From assembly GCA_963693055.1 (NCBI GenBank), contig OY843751.1:2016001-2080000 (forward strand): a stretch of 64,000 bases of DNA, given 5' to 3'. Positions 19,001-28,933 of this stretch are shown here, in pieces (the first letter of the stretch is position 1; each line of letters starts with the position of its first letter). The DNA comes from a bacterium. GTDB taxonomy: Bacteria > Zhuqueibacterota > Zhuqueibacteria > Residuimicrobiales > Krinioviventaceae. The position numbers and the translations under genes were made by a program. The notes under the pieces are model-generated. The model was not told where the DNA came from and ran no database searches. It saw nothing but the letters and a program-made list of their open reading frames with translations.

Positions 19001-21289
19001 TTGATGATGGGCAAGTTACTTGGTCTTGAAGTCATTCCATTAAACCTGTATTATCAGGACTGGATATTTAAGGACGATGTACATAAAATTTCCAGTTGTA
19101 TCAATAACCTTACTTTAGATCACAATGAATTTGAGATTGATTATCGTATTATAGCTCATGATGGGAAAATTATACATGTTGTTGAAAAGGGTAATTGTAT
19201 TTTTACTGATGACAATAAACCCGATCATATACAATCTGTTATTCTAGATATCTCTTTTGTTAATAATGATAATTCAGATTTTTATAGCCCCCTTGAATTA
19301 AATAGAAAATTATTATCTCAGGTACTTGAAAGTACTACAATTCCAAAATTTATTATAGATACCAATCACCGGGTATTTTATTGGAATCAACCGTGTGAAA
19401 GACTTACAGGTGTTTCTGCAAATGATATGCTGGGTACCAAAGGCCATTGGAGTCTTTTTTATGGCAAGCATCGACCAGTTTTAATTGATTTAATGTTAAA
19501 AAAAGATCCCAGTAAAGATATTAAAGAGTGGTATGGGGACAAAATAAAACCTTCTTCATTGATGCAGGACGCTTATGAAGGTGAAGATTTTTTCCCAAGA
19601 TTAGGCGAAAATGGGTTATGGCTTCATTTTGTTGCAATGCCTATCAAAGATGAACAAGGTAATATTGTTGGTGCTTTTGAAACTATTCAAGATATGACCG
19701 AACACTATAATAATTTGAACCAGATCAAATTGAGTGAAGAACGTTTTAGATATCTCTTTGAAAATGCAAATGATATAATATATACACATGATTTGTCAGG
19801 TCTACTAACATCGGTTAACCCGCTGGGCGTTGAACTGTTTGGATATAGTTATGATGAGATAATTGGCATGCCTATATCTCAACTAGTAGATGCCTCTTAT
19901 TTAACTGAAGCGAGACAAATGCTGCAGCGAAAAGTAGACGGAGAAATGACAACAGGGCCATATGAATTATTGACTGTTAGTAAAAGTGGTGAAGCAATTT
20001 GGTTGGAAGTTAACTCTCGTTTGCTTAAACAGGATGGACTGCCAAAGGAAATTCAAGGTATTGCAAGAAATATTACAGATAGAAAAAAAAGCGAAATGCT
20101 TTTGCATGTATTAAACCGCGCTTCACATGCAATGATGAAGCAATTAAGCAAAAAAGATATTTTTGATCATCTTACAACATTGTTGTTAGAGATGGGTTAT
20201 AATACAATGTTGTTTAAATGTGATGATGAAGGGAAAAATGCATTTCTTGATTATTATGGTTTTGAAGATAATCGCTTAGTAATGGTTGAATCATTATTAA
20301 AAATTGACGCAAAAAAGTTTCGTCTGTCAATTAATGATGTTTCCATGCTTAACAAAGTTTATTATAATCGAAAAAGTTTATTTTGTGACAATGTATCGGC
20401 CATGTTGAAACAAATGTTACCCAAGAAAATGCATTTATTTATTCCTCAGCTAATAAAATTGATGAAAGTTAACCAGTTTATTGCTGCCCCTGTTATTGTA
20501 AATAATGCTGTTGTAGGTGTTTTTTGTGTGTTAAGTAACGAGTTGTTTAAACAAGATGTGCCGGCAATTTCTGCTTTTGCAAATCAAATGGCCACTGCAC
20601 TGAATAATGCAAGTTTGTATGAAAAAATTCAACAAGAGTTAAATGACAGAATAAAAGCTGAAAAGATTATAGAAGAATCATTAACAGAAAAAGAAGTATT
20701 ATTAAAAGAAATCCATCATCGGGTTAAAAATAATTTACAAATTATACTCAGTCTTTTAAATCTGCAATCCCGAAAATTAACGGACAAGCAATCTCTTGAA
20801 TCATTTCAGGTTGCAAAAAACAGAGTACATTCTCTTGCACTGGTGCATGAACGTTTATATCAAAGCCAGGATTTTGTTAATATTGATTTCCGGGAGTATA
20901 TTATTTCTGTTGTTCAGCATTTGTTTTATTCCTATGAAATTACAGGCAAGATAGAACTTGATGTGAATGTAACGGATATACAGTTAGATATTGATAATGC
21001 CATCCCCTGCGGATTATTAATCAATGAACTGGTTACCAATTCGTTAAAACATGCTTTTCCTGCAGGCAGGAAAGGAAAGATTCAAATCAGTTTAAAGGCG
21101 GATTCATTTGGAACAAAAGAACTTGTTGTATCAGATGATGGTGTTGGCTTTTCTTTAGATCTCGATCATGAAAAATCTGATACATTGGGTATGAATTTAA
21201 TACGCGTATTAACCCGACAGTTAAATGGTAGCTTTGACATTGAAAATGTTGAAGGAACAAGGTTTGTTTGTAACTTTACCGGGGTTTAA
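19001..21289 (+). CDS. PAS/PAS/GAF sensor histidine kinase (HisKA_2 type); true start may lie upstream (~18908-18914)
   Basis: EIHHRVKNNLQ, NELVTNSLKHAF, DDGVG, LGMNL. Confidence 0.9.
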   Translation: MMMGKLLGLEVIPLNLYYQDWIFKDDVHKISSCINNLTLDHNEFEIDYRIIAHDGKIIHVVEKGNCIFTDDNKPDHIQSVILDISFVNNDNSDFYSPLELNRKLLSQVLESTTIPKFIIDTNHRVFYWNQPCERLTGVSANDMLGTKGHWSLFYGKHRPVLIDLMLKKDPSKDIKEWYGDKIKPSSLMQDAYEGEDFFPRLGENGLWLHFVAMPIKDEQGNIVGAFETIQDMTEHYNNLNQIKLSEERFRYLFENANDIIYTHDLSGLLTSVNPLGVELFGYSYDEIIGMPISQLVDASYLTEARQMLQRKVDGEMTTGPYELLTVSKSGEAIWLEVNSRLLKQDGLPKEIQGIARNITDRKKSEMLLHVLNRASHAMMKQLSKKDIFDHLTTLLLEMGYNTMLFKCDDEGKNAFLDYYGFEDNRLVMVESLLKIDAKKFRLSINDVSMLNKVYYNRKSLFCDNVSAMLKQMLPKKMHLFIPQLIKLMKVNQFIAAPVIVNNAVVGVFCVLSNELFKQDVPAISAFANQMATALNNASLYEKIQQELNDRIKAEKIIEESLTEKEVLLKEIHHRVKNNLQIILSLLNLQSRKLTDKQSLESFQVAKNRVHSLALVHERLYQSQDFVNIDFREYIISVVQHLFYSYEITGKIELDVNVTDIQLDIDNAIPCGLLINELVTNSLKHAFPAGRKGKIQISLKADSFGTKELVVSDDGVGFSLDLDHEKSDTLGMNLIRVLTRQLNGSFDIENVEGTRFVCNFTGV

Positions 21290-21363
21290 GGTTTTTTAAT
21301 TTATGGAACTTTTTGCGTTTTTTATTTGTTATTATATATAATTACCAAATTAAGGGGATTAAT

Positions 21364-21888
21364 ATGAAACGCATTCTTGCCGTATTGTTTTTAATTATAG
21401 CAGCATGTTCTACAAGTAAATCACCGACTGAACCCGTTGATTCTGATACTTTTGCAATTTACTTGACAAAAGACTCCCTGACTATATCTCAGGCCCTTGA
21501 ACGTGGAATTGAAAACATTCAATTAGCAGAACAGCCTTTATTAACAATCAATGATATTCAACACTATGATTTTGATAATCATTATATTGTTCTAAAAGAA
21601 AACAGAAAACCCGATTTTTTTGATCTTTCAATGAAATCAGAGGCCCAATTTTATAACAAGGCATTTGTAGTTGTTGCCTTTGATGAACCGGTATATATTG
21701 GCGGGTTCTATGCTTATGTCATGTCATATTTCCCTTCTTGTCCTACCATTACTATTGGAATTGGAACTGATAATGATATTGCTAAAAACGCCTTTCGCAT
21801 ACAAAAACAAAGTTTTGATAATGGCCCGGATGAAAGAAATGACGAACGTATTCGCAAGGCCTTGTTGGTTTCTGGTCTTTTTGAATAG
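21364..21888 (+). CDS. Hypothetical lipoprotein
   Basis: Lipobox IAAC; C-terminal D.RND.RI..AL. Confidence 0.7.
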   Translation: MKRILAVLFLIIAACSTSKSPTEPVDSDTFAIYLTKDSLTISQALERGIENIQLAEQPLLTINDIQHYDFDNHYIVLKENRKPDFFDLSMKSEAQFYNKAFVVVAFDEPVYIGGFYAYVMSYFPSCPTITIGIGTDNDIAKNAFRIQKQSFDNGPDERNDERIRKALLVSGLFE

Positions 21889-21926
21889 TTTTTCAGTATA
21901 TCGCATAACCATAAAGGGGATTAACC

Positions 21927-22577
21927 GTGTTTAAAAAGATAATGTTATTTGTATTGTTGTTGATTTCTGGTTTCCAGTGTACAACCAATAAGGATCCGTT
22001 CAGCTCTAATATTGCAGAACCGGACACAGTCATTGACCGTAAACCCAATATTTATATCTATCCTCCAAGTGCTTGTGATATGACGTTGGCATTGTCCTTT
22101 CCCAAAGGGGGGCGTGTTACTGTTTCTGATCCTCCATACATAAATGGATGGTCATTTCATGTTGAGCCTTCGGGTTTGATTGATAACCAATATCGCTATC
22201 TGTATTATGAATCTGCTATTCCTGCAATAACTCAACCTGATGGATGGATTGTCAAGCGTTCATCTTTGAACGATTTTTTTGTGCAAAACATGCAGGCCTA
22301 TGGTTTTAATTCAACAGAGATAAAAGATTTTTTAGATTATTGGATTCCTCTGCTCAATGATCATTCTTATTATAAAATATGTCCGGTCTATACTGATCTG
22401 ATCGAACAGTATGTCAAATTTGAATTGTCAGTCATCCCCAACAGTGTGCTTCGTGTTGTTTACTTGATAGAAGGATTAAACGAAAACGAGCTGGTTAAGA
22501 TTCAAGAACCCGTAATTCCACTGTTTACGAGAAGCGGCTTTACTATAGTGGAATGGGGTGTGATTTATTCCGATTAA
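21927..22577 (+). CDS. Hypothetical lipoprotein, KPxIYxYP...EWG family (paralog 1)
   Basis: KPNIYIYP, YLYYE, EIKDFLDYW, P.SVLRV, F..VEWG. Confidence 0.75.
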   Translation: MFKKIMLFVLLLISGFQCTTNKDPFSSNIAEPDTVIDRKPNIYIYPPSACDMTLALSFPKGGRVTVSDPPYINGWSFHVEPSGLIDNQYRYLYYESAIPAITQPDGWIVKRSSLNDFFVQNMQAYGFNSTEIKDFLDYWIPLLNDHSYYKICPVYTDLIEQYVKFELSVIPNSVLRVVYLIEGLNENELVKIQEPVIPLFTRSGFTIVEWGVIYSD

Positions 22578-22592
22578 CCATTAGGGGGATTT

Positions 22593-23237
22593 ATGATGAA
22601 AAAGAACATGTTGTTGATCTTGATTCTATTTTCAGGATTTCAATGTACAACCAACAAAGATCCGGTTAGCACAAATACAACAGATACCGATACGCTCAAG
22701 GTTTATAAACCCAATATTTATCTGTATCCTCAAACTATTACAGATGTTTCCGTAAAACTGAATTTTCCCATGGGTGGCAGGGTTACTGTCTCAGTGCCTG
22801 AATATAATCAAGGTTGGGACGTAACTATATCATCTGATGGTATGATTGATGGTACATATGGGTATCTATTTTACGAATGTAATTTACCGTATTTTTCTGT
22901 TGAACAAAAATGGATTGTCTCTCATGATAGTTTAGAATCCTTTTTTGTTGATAATATGACAGCTTTTGGATTCAATGATTCTGAGATTCATGATTTTACT
23001 GTCTATTGGATGACTCGACTGCCTGAATATGATTACTATAAAATTTCCCCTCTTATGTCTCCCGAATTAGATTCTTATGTAGAGTTACAAATAGTGCCCG
23101 AACCGGATTCTGTATTACGACTGTTTTATGTAATTGCCCCAGCTTTAGAATTCTCAGAATCTGATCAAATTCAGATTCCACAATTTACAAGGGCAGGATT
23201 CTCAGTAGCCGAGTGGGGTGTAATTTTAATGCAGTAA
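22593..23237 (+). CDS. Hypothetical lipoprotein, KPxIYxYP...EWG family (paralog 2)
   Basis: Same motifs as 21927-22577; shared SGFQCTTNKDP. Confidence 0.75.
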   Translation: MMKKNMLLILILFSGFQCTTNKDPVSTNTTDTDTLKVYKPNIYLYPQTITDVSVKLNFPMGGRVTVSVPEYNQGWDVTISSDGMIDGTYGYLFYECNLPYFSVEQKWIVSHDSLESFFVDNMTAFGFNDSEIHDFTVYWMTRLPEYDYYKISPLMSPELDSYVELQIVPEPDSVLRLFYVIAPALEFSESDQIQIPQFTRAGFSVAEWGVILMQ

Positions 23238-23346
23238 TATTCTGACAATTTTTTTAATGCTTCGAAATAATCCCCGAATATGAAATATTTAATTGTCATT
23301 TCACTGTTAATATTTGTAAATCACCTTAATTTTAGAGGAGGAAGAT

Positions 23347-23709
23347 ATGCGCCCACATATCGATCAAACTTCTTTTGGGTGGATTACTATCGAAGGGGAA
23401 GCTTTTAATCATGATATTAATATCAACTTACATGGACATGTGCTGAAAAGGAAAAAGCGTCTTTCAAAAGAAATTTATGGTACTTCTCATAATATATCCA
23501 AACCCGAAGCAGAAGCAATGTATGAATATGGTGCCGAGTCAGTAATTATTGGCTGCGGACAATATGGACTTGCAAAATTATCTGATGAAGCAGATCAGTT
23601 TTTTAAAGAACAACATTGTAACGTTAGTATTCTCCCTACACCTCAGGCCGTCAAAGTTTGGAATGATATACACGGAAGAGTAATTGGTATGTTTCACGTT
23701 ACATGTTGA
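23347..23709 (+). CDS. Mth938-like (DUF498) protein
   Basis: FG.ITI.G, YGTSH, IIG.GQYG, LPTP.A, FHVTC C-terminus. Confidence 0.85.
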   Translation: MRPHIDQTSFGWITIEGEAFNHDININLHGHVLKRKKRLSKEIYGTSHNISKPEAEAMYEYGAESVIIGCGQYGLAKLSDEADQFFKEQHCNVSILPTPQAVKVWNDIHGRVIGMFHVTC

Positions 23710-23795
23710 AAGGGTGTAACGAATAGATGGATTTTAAAATATCTTGTACCTTTAAAACGTTTTGTGCTATACAATATGTTAAATAAAGGTGCGTG

Positions 23796-24170
23796 ATGAA
23801 TTATTATTTTCGTCTTTTCTTGTTCTTGCCTGCTTTGAATAATCTACAACTTGCTTTTCCTGATACCATTCAGGATTCTACACCCCATATTTTTTGATTT
23901 ACAATCGCTATAATTCATGATGGTACGGCTTTGTGGATGACAGATGACAAAGCCAATGTATTGGCATGTATTGATCTTACAAATGGTGAGGTAGTATGTG
24001 CCATTTAAGGTTACGGATACTTTCCTGTCGGAACCGAGTGAGCATTATGTATTTGTAGTCTGTTGATTCGTTACAGATAAAGTATTTCTATTTGATCTCT
24101 CACAAAATCCATTTAGAAAGAGTTTTGGTGTGGGAACAGGTAGAATCATAGCGATGCATTGGGATACTTG
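23796..24170 (+). pseudogene. Decayed gene for a secreted beta-propeller protein
   Basis: ATG 23796 with SD AAAGGTG; reads signal peptide...*...HDGTALWMTDDKANVLACIDLTNGEVVCAI*GYGYFPVGTE* with multiple stops; 3' limit approximate. Confidence 0.55.
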
Positions 24171-24322
24171 AAATTTAAAACAAATTAAGATTAAAAAAAA
24201 GTATGGCTTTTTGTCATTAAACTCGTTATTTTTTAGCTGGTAACTGGTTAATATCCGGATGCTTGTTCCTTGGGTTCATATTACAACCATTATCCAATCC
24301 AATAAATCCTTTAGGAGGGAAA

Positions 24323-26053
24323 ATGTTAGAGTATACAGAGAGAATCGATCCGTTTACCGGAGAGATGTATGTGCAGGTACCATTCAAGGGCTTATTTTTA
24401 ACTGAACATCCTATCTATAACAAAGGTACTGCATTTCCGGAAAATGAGCGCTATTCTCTGGGACTGTGTGGCTTGCTGCCGGATGGTGTGTCTTCATTAG
24501 AATTGCAAAAGCAGCGTACCTATGCTAATTTTTGCACAAAACCGGACGCCCTGGAAAAATATATTTATATGATATCGCTTCAGGACAGAAACGAAACTTT
24601 ATTTTACAGTCTGCTATTAGACCATCTCGAAGAAATGCTGCCTATTGTATACACGCCGACTGTTGGTCAGGCTTGTCAAAGATTCAGCCATTTGTACAGA
24701 AGACGTAGAGGCATTTATGTGTCTGTGCATAACATTCACCATGTAGACGAGATCTTGAAAAATGCTTCATTTAGCAATATTTCTCTGATTGTTGCAACTG
24801 ACGGAGAACGCATTCTTGGTTTGGGTGATCAGGGAGCCGGCGGTATGGGAATTCCTATAGGCAAGATCAGTCTTTATATTGCCGCGGCGGGTTTACACCC
24901 GGCGTATACACTGCCGGTAATGCTGGATGTGGGCACCAATAACGAAACATTACTGGAAGATCCGCTTTATATCGGTGTGAGACAAAAACGTTTGACCGGT
25001 GATGCCTATGACGCATTTATAGAACAATTTGTCGCCGCTGTGCGCAGACGTTTTCCGCGTGCCCTTTTGCAATGGGAAGATATTGGTAAAAATAATGCGT
25101 TCCGCGTACTGGACCGCTACCAGGAGCGTATTACATCTTTTAATGATGATATTCAGGGAACCGGATCTGTCGCATTGAGTGTTTTTCTGTCAGCAATGAA
25201 AATTAAAAAGCAAAAACTAGGTGATCAAAAAATTGTTATTTTTGGACAGGGACAAGCAGGGCTGGGCATAGCCCGACAACTTGTTGCCGGAATGATAGCT
25301 GAAGGCTTGAGTGAGCAGGAAGCCAGAGACAGGATATTTGGTATAGATAAAGACGGTCTTTTGGTTGAGGGGATGGAAGTTACAGCAGAACAGGAATTCC
25401 TGTTAAAATCCCGAGCAATGGTTGGAGAATGGAAACTTTTAAATCCCAATAAAATTACCTTGTTAGACACAATCAAGAATACAGGTGCCACTGCATTAAT
25501 TGGTGTTACCGGACAAACCGGTGCGTTTGATGAAACGATTTTAAAACAATTGTCTGAAAATTCTGATCTGCCTTTGATCATGCCCTTGTCTAATCCCACT
25601 GCCAAAACTGAATGCGTGCCCGAGACTGCCATTAAAGCCACGTATGGTAATTGTTTGATCGCTACCGGCAGTCCGTTTGCTCCCGTAGAGTATAATGGTA
25701 AATCGCATATAGTTTCGCAGTGTAATAATCTGTATATCTTTCCGGGAGTAGGACTCGGTGCGCTGGTTTCAGGTACTCCCAAAGTCACAAACGAGATGTT
25801 TATTGCAGCATCCCGTGCGTTGAGCGATATGCTTACCCAAGCTGAACTGGATTCCGGCAGACTGCTGCCGCAAATCGACCAGATACGTCAGGTATCAGAA
25901 AATGTGGCAGTCGCAGTTGCGGTTGAAGCGCGGGACAGTGAACTCGGTCTGCGCAAAGATGAAGACGAACTCCGTAAAATGGTTAAACAGGCCATGTGGC
26001 AGCCGCAGTATTTGCCATACCGTTATAAAAGACAAGATGGTGAATTGTACTAG
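24323..26053 (+). CDS. maeA: NAD-dependent malic enzyme
   Basis: NKGTAF, YTPTVG, TDGERILGLGDQG, FNDDIQGT, LSNPT, QCNN.YIFPG. Confidence 0.93.
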   Translation: MLEYTERIDPFTGEMYVQVPFKGLFLTEHPIYNKGTAFPENERYSLGLCGLLPDGVSSLELQKQRTYANFCTKPDALEKYIYMISLQDRNETLFYSLLLDHLEEMLPIVYTPTVGQACQRFSHLYRRRRGIYVSVHNIHHVDEILKNASFSNISLIVATDGERILGLGDQGAGGMGIPIGKISLYIAAAGLHPAYTLPVMLDVGTNNETLLEDPLYIGVRQKRLTGDAYDAFIEQFVAAVRRRFPRALLQWEDIGKNNAFRVLDRYQERITSFNDDIQGTGSVALSVFLSAMKIKKQKLGDQKIVIFGQGQAGLGIARQLVAGMIAEGLSEQEARDRIFGIDKDGLLVEGMEVTAEQEFLLKSRAMVGEWKLLNPNKITLLDTIKNTGATALIGVTGQTGAFDETILKQLSENSDLPLIMPLSNPTAKTECVPETAIKATYGNCLIATGSPFAPVEYNGKSHIVSQCNNLYIFPGVGLGALVSGTPKVTNEMFIAASRALSDMLTQAELDSGRLLPQIDQIRQVSENVAVAVAVEARDSELGLRKDEDELRKMVKQAMWQPQYLPYRYKRQDGELY

Positions 26054-26088
26054 AGATTAAAATCCATACAAAATGTAATAGGAATAGA

Positions 26089-26120
26089 TATTAGCCTGGC
26101 ATAAAAGTGCCAGGCTAATA
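26089..26120. terminator. Perfect hairpin after maeA
   Basis: TATTAGCCTGGCA-TAAAAG-TGCCAGGCTAATA. Confidence 0.55.
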
Positions 26121-26254
26121 CTGAGCCAATTGAGGGATTTTTTATCATTAACAAGAATGTTAAAATCAGAGTCTGGGTTTTCATTGCGTTCATTTGTATT
26201 GGCCCATATTTATCCAGACGCAGTCTTTATCTTGCCAATGTATCAAATTATCAT

Positions 26255-26572
26255 GTGTCTGAATATTCTAAATCTAAAATAAAAAGTGCAGCTTTCAGGC
26301 CCAATCGATTTGTGAATGTTTCAGAATTAGATATTCAACAGAGATTTAAACTTTGTGATTCTATTGATATTATTGATAATATTCAATATGATAAAATTGG
26401 GTTTTATACTCCTTATTTTCAAACTGAAATTATTCAAATTGGAATGTATGCAAAATTGGAAAATATAACAATTGCCGGCGAAGAAAGTGTGAGTTGGGAA
26501 GAACATTATATATGGACCCCCTGGAAATGGTATAATTTACGTTTCTTTTCAAGAATGACAGGGTGTGCATAG
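26255..26572 (+). CDS. Hypothetical protein; frame is open upstream to 26105 and includes a hydrophobic segment
   Basis: ORF track plus manual upstream translation. Confidence 0.4.
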   Translation: MSEYSKSKIKSAAFRPNRFVNVSELDIQQRFKLCDSIDIIDNIQYDKIGFYTPYFQTEIIQIGMYAKLENITIAGEESVSWEEHYIWTPWKWYNLRFFSRMTGCA

Positions 26573-26622
26573 AGCTAATTCATAGTTGGCAATATTCATA
26601 AATTACTAACCAGGAAAACAAG

Positions 26623-28044
26623 ATGGAACGCAGAGAATTCTTTTCATCTGGATTGTTAATGGGAATAGGAACCTTGCCGGCAAGTTACGGGATCGCAGGA
26701 GAGGTTAAGTCCTCTACAAATGAGCTGTTGGATGTAATACTTACCATGCCTAATTTTTGTAGTCACGAGCATTGGGGCAGTGTTGCATCCATCGGTAATA
26801 ACAAAAATGGATATCTTGCCGATTTCAAACCCGGTGCGTTACCTTCAAAAAAGACAAACCTGGTTGATCTGATTATCGATCCCTATATGACTGGGAATTT
26901 GCACAACAATGGTATTTCTCCGGATAAAATTGTACTGGATAATGGGACCAAAGCTGATATCTTTCCACTGGCGCAAAAGAATAGTGCCGGGTGTGTACCC
27001 TTGCTCCGAAAAATCCTTGCTCCACAACAGTTCACCGGTATTTATATGTGCTTGCGGGAGGGAGTACGGTTTGCTTATGATATGGATATCCATGAAATGG
27101 ATGCTGACCTGTTTCGTCAAACCAGTCAAACTGTTGCCGCAAATTATGCCGATTTGTTCGGTTGGTACAAGAGACTTATGGAAAAAGCACATTTTACCCG
27201 GCTGATACGTCCTGTTCATCCCGAGTTTTATTTTTCAACCAATACTATGCAGGCTGCCGCAGAAATGGCCTTTACCGATACGGTTTTGCGTATTGATCCG
27301 TTATTAGACATGTATAAAGATTCTGAAAGAAGGCAAAATCTAACCCGGTTAACCGGAGTAGAGCCTGTGGATGCGGCATCATGGCGGTTGTTTCTTGAAA
27401 AGATATTTCAAGCGGCAAGCGATAGAGAGGCTGTAGGCATCAAACAGCTGCAGGCTTATCGTCGCGATCTGGATTTTGCAGTACATGAGGACTCTGATAT
27501 AAAGTTTGATGGTGCCTCAACAAAAGAAGAAAAAATCTTTTTTAAAGACTGGGTTGTAAATGAATGTTGCAAACTGGCAGATGATTTGAACTGGCCGCAT
27601 CAGGTGCATGTGGGTACCGACAATATGCCCCATTCAAACCCGTTACCATTGGCTGCATTGGCCCGCAGATATAGAAATCAAAAGATTGTCATGCTCCATT
27701 GCTGGCCGTTTTTACAGGAATCCGCGTATCTTGCCAAGAAGCACCCCAATATCTATATCGACATTTGTTGGCAGCCCATTCTGAATCCCGAGTTTCTGGT
27801 ACAGTCACTCGGACTCTGGTTGAACTATGTTCCCCTGAACAAGATCACCATGGGCAATGACGCCACATCCATCGAAATGGCGGTAGGATCGTCAATACTT
27901 GCAAAGCATATACTCGCTTCTGTGCTGGACCGTTTTGGCGCAAATAGCAATATTGAGAAAAATCAACTATTACAAACAGCGCTTGATTTTCTACACAACA
28001 ATGCGGTACATATTTATAAAGTCGGTAATGTTAAATTTATTTAG
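26623..28044 (+). CDS. Tat-exported amidohydrolase-superfamily protein
   Basis: RREFF Tat motif; SHEH, HQVHVG, LHCWP, GND. Confidence 0.8.
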   Translation: MERREFFSSGLLMGIGTLPASYGIAGEVKSSTNELLDVILTMPNFCSHEHWGSVASIGNNKNGYLADFKPGALPSKKTNLVDLIIDPYMTGNLHNNGISPDKIVLDNGTKADIFPLAQKNSAGCVPLLRKILAPQQFTGIYMCLREGVRFAYDMDIHEMDADLFRQTSQTVAANYADLFGWYKRLMEKAHFTRLIRPVHPEFYFSTNTMQAAAEMAFTDTVLRIDPLLDMYKDSERRQNLTRLTGVEPVDAASWRLFLEKIFQAASDREAVGIKQLQAYRRDLDFAVHEDSDIKFDGASTKEEKIFFKDWVVNECCKLADDLNWPHQVHVGTDNMPHSNPLPLAALARRYRNQKIVMLHCWPFLQESAYLAKKHPNIYIDICWQPILNPEFLVQSLGLWLNYVPLNKITMGNDATSIEMAVGSSILAKHILASVLDRFGANSNIEKNQLLQTALDFLHNNAVHIYKVGNVKFI

Positions 28045-28060
28045 ATTTCTGGTTCTCAAC

Positions 28061-28091
28061 TAACCACGAAATACGCGAAACAACACGGAAA
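28061..28091 (+). repeat. Left arm of imperfect inverted repeat flanking GxxExxY gene
   Basis: TAACCACGAAATACGCGAAACAACACGGAAA, internal ~9-10 nt period. Confidence 0.75.
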
Positions 28092-28210
28092 CAAATTTTA
28101 AATATCCTTTTTGATTTTTTAATGTAAGTAGTAAAAATGTGATCATTTAATTTTATTTAATAACCAATATTCATTCTGAACAACTGGAAAATGAATAAAA
28201 AGGGGGAGAA

Positions 28211-28588
28211 ATGTCGTTAATATACGGGGCTGAGAGTTATAAAGTTCTTGGTGCATGTTTTGAAGTGTATACTGAATTGGGATGTGGTTTCTTGGAAGCA
28301 GTGTATCAGGAGAGTCTGGAATTAGAATTGAAAATGCAAGGGATTCCTTTTTTGTCACAGCAAGGGATCGATATCCATTATAAAAACCAAAAACTTTTTC
28401 AAAAATATATACCTGATTTTATTTGTTTTTCCAAGATAATTCTTGAAATCAAGGCAGTAAAAGAGTTGTCCGATATTCATCGAGCTCAGTTGATAAATTC
28501 CTTAAAAATAACAGGATATAAAGTTGGTTATCTTGTAAACTTTAGTCATTATCCTAAATTAGAGTATGAAAGAATGGTGTACACTTGA
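28211..28588 (+). CDS. GxxExxY protein (PD-(D/E)XK nuclease-like)
   Basis: LGCGFLEAVYQESL, PDFIC, LEIKAV, AQLINSLK.T, LVNF. Confidence 0.92.
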   Translation: MSLIYGAESYKVLGACFEVYTELGCGFLEAVYQESLELELKMQGIPFLSQQGIDIHYKNQKLFQKYIPDFICFSKIILEIKAVKELSDIHRAQLINSLKITGYKVGYLVNFSHYPKLEYERMVYT

Positions 28589-28732
28589 TTATGGACAAGA
28601 AGAAAATGATTGATCATATAACCACAATAATTAGGTCTAGCATTGGAAAAATATTAATAATAAGTGTAAGATTTAATTTTAGGATAATCCAGTCTTAAAT
28701 TTGAGATTTAAATTTACAAAAAATTAGTAAAT

Positions 28733-28763
28733 TTTCCCGTGTGTTTAGTGTATTCCGTTGTTA
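28733..28763 (-). repeat. Right arm of imperfect inverted repeat flanking GxxExxY gene
   Basis: Reverse complement is TAACAACGGAATACACTAAACACACGGGAAA, about 25/31 identical to the left arm. Confidence 0.75.
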
Positions 28764-28933
28764 AACTTTTTTTATGTTTTCTTTGCGTTTAGTAGAAAAT
28801 TGATAGATTATATAATGTCTAACTGTTTGTTTTTGATTGTTTTCGTAGCATAATTTATTCTCTTGCATTTTTTGATGAAATCTTGTTATTTAATTTAAAT
28901 TAATACTACACTTGTTTAGTAAAGGGATTTTCT

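Noticed and set aside
23895-23897. In-frame TGA as selenocysteine
   Set aside because: Further TAA/TGA stops and frameshifts follow and there is no Cys-type motif; a pseudogene explains it better.
25225-25788. Long antisense and alternate-frame ORFs (also 4508-4945, 36816-37289, 52039-52494 and similar)
   Set aside because: Shadow ORFs over well-supported genes, with no motifs or RBS.
26097-26111. TGGCATAAAAGTGC as a sigma54 promoter
   Set aside because: GG-to-GC spacing is 9 rather than 10 on both strands, and it is part of a perfect hairpin after maeA.
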